The notes under the pieces were generated by a model. It ran no database searches and was not told where the DNA came from. It was given only the letters and a program-made list of their open reading frames with translations. From contig JAXLNO010000252.1 of NCBI GenBank assembly GCA_038087875.1, positions 124,001 to 188,000 on the forward strand: a stretch of DNA of 64,000 nucleotides, written 5' to 3'. The position numbers were made by a program, and so were the translations under genes. The stretch is from Malacoraja senta. Its lineage: Eukaryota. How positions within the stretch are numbered: the first letter of the stretch is position 1; each line of letters begins with the position of its first letter. Positions 61,067 to 64,000 of this stretch are shown here, piece after piece.

Positions 61067-64000
61067 AAAATAGTAAGATTAAACGAGAACTTACCAGTTT
61101 GAAGTTTGACCTGTATTTTATGAGGAGTTACGATGAGGGATTACGTGAAGAACCCATCCAGCTCGCATGCGCGACATACTTCAAAGCAGCGGTGTGGAAT
61201 CACAGGAAACACAACAATTGAAATAAACATAGTAAAGAAAAGGAGAACTAAGATACCAGTTGATCTCTATAATTGAGGGTGGGAGCGGAGGGCCCATAAT
61301 CCCTCATCGTAACTCCTCATAAAATACAGATCAAACTTCAAACTGGTAAGTTCTCGTTTAATCTTACTATTTTACTTCGGAGTCACGTGAGTGACTACGT
61401 GAAGATTTTAAAGCTCTGTGATTTCAAACCGTGTAACAGTTCATATTTCACTCGCTGCCGAAGTCCTTCAAGGGAGGAAGTATGTTATCGTAATCAACCA
61501 TGAATCTGTTTGTAAACAATAATGGTATCTATTAAACAATGACAAAAGACAAAATGCTCTCCCGGGCTTAAATTATATATTTGCAGGTTCTAAACTTTTT
61601 CTGCAAATAACACAGGTTCTGCTAGCGGCTTGTTGTAGAATGTTTGGAACGTTTTCTCCATGGACCACCCCGCTGTAGCCAGGATGTGGTCCAGTGGTAC
61701 ATCCATCCTTTTAGCCGCCGATGTGGATGCTGCCCTGGTGGAGTGAGATGTATATACATCAGTATCTACTCCAGCAGCTCCCAGTACCTGCTTGAGCCAT
61801 CTTGAGATGGTTTGGCTCGACACCCGACCATGAGGTTTCTTGTGGCTGACCCATAAGGCTTTTTCTCTCCCTCGGGAATCTCTTGTTGTGTTGATGTAAG
61901 TGAGTAGGTGAGTCATGACACACAACCGTGGGTCATGTGGGTATGCCCGGAAATCCATAACTAGGCCTGAAGTTCCTGGCCTGCTCTGCTTTAGCAGCTC
62001 CTGAATGGTGAAAGAGACCCGGTCTGGTGTTATACCCATGTTGTCCAGTCGCAGTAAATGGAGGGACTGGACTCTTTGTGCTGAGACAAGTGCCATCAGC
62101 ATGACCGTTTTCAGGGTTTAGCTGTTCCAGGGTGAGAGACCTGGCTGGTGACCATCCCCTCAGGTATGTCAGGACCACACTGACATCCCAGATTTGGGTG
62201 TACCAAGGTCTAGGGGAGTTGGAGTTGAATATACCCCTCATGTGTTTGATCACCAGCGATTGAGACCCTATGACCTGTTGTCCTGGTACTTGTTTTAAGT
62301 AGGCTGACAGAGCACTTCTGGCAGTATTGATAGCACTGTAGCTCAGTCCTTCATTATGGTGAAGGCCCCCCAGGAACTCCAGTACATTGGTTATGGTTGC
62401 AGATGAGTATGTTGTCCCAGTAGTCGAGCAGTATCTTTCCCACTTCTTGATGCTCGATAGGTATTGTTTCCTGGTGGACATACGATGGTACGTTGTCATC
62501 GTGTTGATGGTCCTGTCAGACAATCCCAGGCCCAGCAGTGGTCTTTTGATAATCTGCAACCCAGTAGGTTAATTTTTTCATGGCATGGATGACTTATGCC
62601 TGATACCGGGTGCGTCAATAGGTCTGGGCTACTGGGAAAGGTCATAGGAGTTTCGATGACCATGTCGAGGACCACTGGGAACCATGGCTGTGTAGGCCAG
62701 TTGGTACTATCAAAATACCTGAAGCAGAGTCCATCTGTATTTTGCGTAGTACCCTACTGAGGCAGAAGGGGGGAAAGGCATAAAATAAATAGTTTCCCCA
62801 GTTCAGCGCGAATGCATCTATCGCTGCTGCCTCAGGGTCTGGTTCCCAAGCGACATACATTGGTACCTGGTGATTTAGTCTGGATGCAAAGAGATCGATA
62901 TCTGGTGTGCCATATTGCTTTCTAATTTTAGCAAAAGCTCTAGGATTTATCATCCATTCGGTGTTATCATTGAATTTGCGTGACCTGGTGTCTGCCACTG
63001 TATTTAGCTTACCTGGTAGGTAAGTTGCTGATAGCCAAATATGTCTTTTGACACACCATTGCCAGATTTGGTTGAACAAATTGTCACATGATATCGATTT
63101 TATTCCGCCCATATGGTTAATATAGGCCACCACCGTGGTATTATCAATTTGTAAACGAACATGCAGATGGTGCATATTCATGGAATATGCTTTTAAACCA
63201 TAAAACGCACCCAACATTTCCAAATAATTTATGCCCAGTGTTTGTGGTAAAGATGATTCTAGGTTAGTCCATCTACCACCTGTGCTGGATATGGTATTAG
63301 TTGCTCCCCAGCCTTGAGCACTGGCATCTGTTTGTATAGTTAATGTTGGGTTTTTGATGATGATAGGGCTGGAACTATGCCAAATGTGCTCTATCCACCA
63401 CTGTAACTCTGATATAGCTTCAATGGGTAATTTCATGGTTCGGTCAAAGTGACCTGCATGTCGTTTTAACGCCTGTACTGTTGCCCTTTGTAGGTTTTGA
63501 TAGTGCAGGGGTCCAAATTGTGTAGCTGGAAATGCTGCTACCATTTTGCCAATTACTCTTGCCACTTGTCGGATGGTTGGTCGATTGCTAACCATTAAAT
63601 TGTTACACGTCTGTGACAATTCTGCTGCTTTATGTTTTGACAACGTTACAGACATGTGGACTGAGTTAATTGTGAATCCCAGATAGTCCATAGTTGTGGA
63701 TGGCGTCAACTTAGATTTATCTAGATGTATGACAAATCCCAGAGTTTCAAACAATTGTTTGGTAGCTAATACAGCTGATTTAGCCAACTCCATGGTTTTG
63801 CCTACTATTAGAATATCATCAAGGTATGCCATGACAATATGTCTCTGTTTTGATAATGTTGCCAAGGCTGGTTTTAATATCTTGGTAAATAGTCTTGGGG
63901 CTGATGTTAACCCATTAGGCAACGCTTTAAACTGCCATAGTTGCCCCATCCAGGTAAATTTCAGGTATCTGCGATGATCCTTTTGAATGGGTACTGTATA
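61067..64000 (-). mobile_element. DIRS1-type tyrosine-recombinase retrotransposon, 3' part (RT-RNase H-methyltransferase ORF, YR ORF, terminal inverted repeat and ICR)
   Basis: ORF 62642-63949 has YLDD RT, TDAS RNase H and a DAF...YAFPPF MT-like domain. YR spans 61590-62559 (frameshifted) with HSTR...AGWS...FY. Inverted repeat of about 77 bp at 61067-61143 and 61297-61373. Confidence 0.93.

Noticed and set aside
61590..62559. Phage integrase or bacterial contamination
   Set aside because: The tyrosine recombinase is linked to RT-RNase H-MT and ITR/ICR, which is standard DIRS architecture.

Overview
Repeat-dense vertebrate genomic DNA, probably from a cartilaginous fish such as a skate or ray. 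This is inferred from the mix of CR1, L1, Tx1, Rex1/Babar, L2, Penelope, DIRS and tRNA-derived SINE repeats and is not verified. The host genes are immune-type. (1) A minus-strand butyrophilin-like gene has IgV (11265-11609), IgC (10184-10468) and TM (569-688) exons, all open and phase 1-1; its leader exon was not found and its cytoplasmic exons probably lie left of the window. (2) A cluster of RING-B-box-coiled-coil-PRY/SPRY TRIM paralogs: TRIM-A (minus, 29923-33231, pseudogene), TRIM-B (minus, 38247-43238, truncated remnant), an orphan exon-5 relic (55489) and TRIM-C (plus, from 58339, first three coding exons intact). Notable features: about 10 minimal hammerhead-ribozyme-like cores in Penelope-derived termini; a LINE tail occupying the splice-acceptor region of the IgV exon; an L1 inserted antisense into another L1, making a 1.45-kb-arm inverted repeat in a butyrophilin intron; a tight NF-kB/ISRE/GC/CCAAT/AP-1 motif cluster; and a DIRS1 retrotransposon end. 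All calls come from manual reading; no database searches were run.
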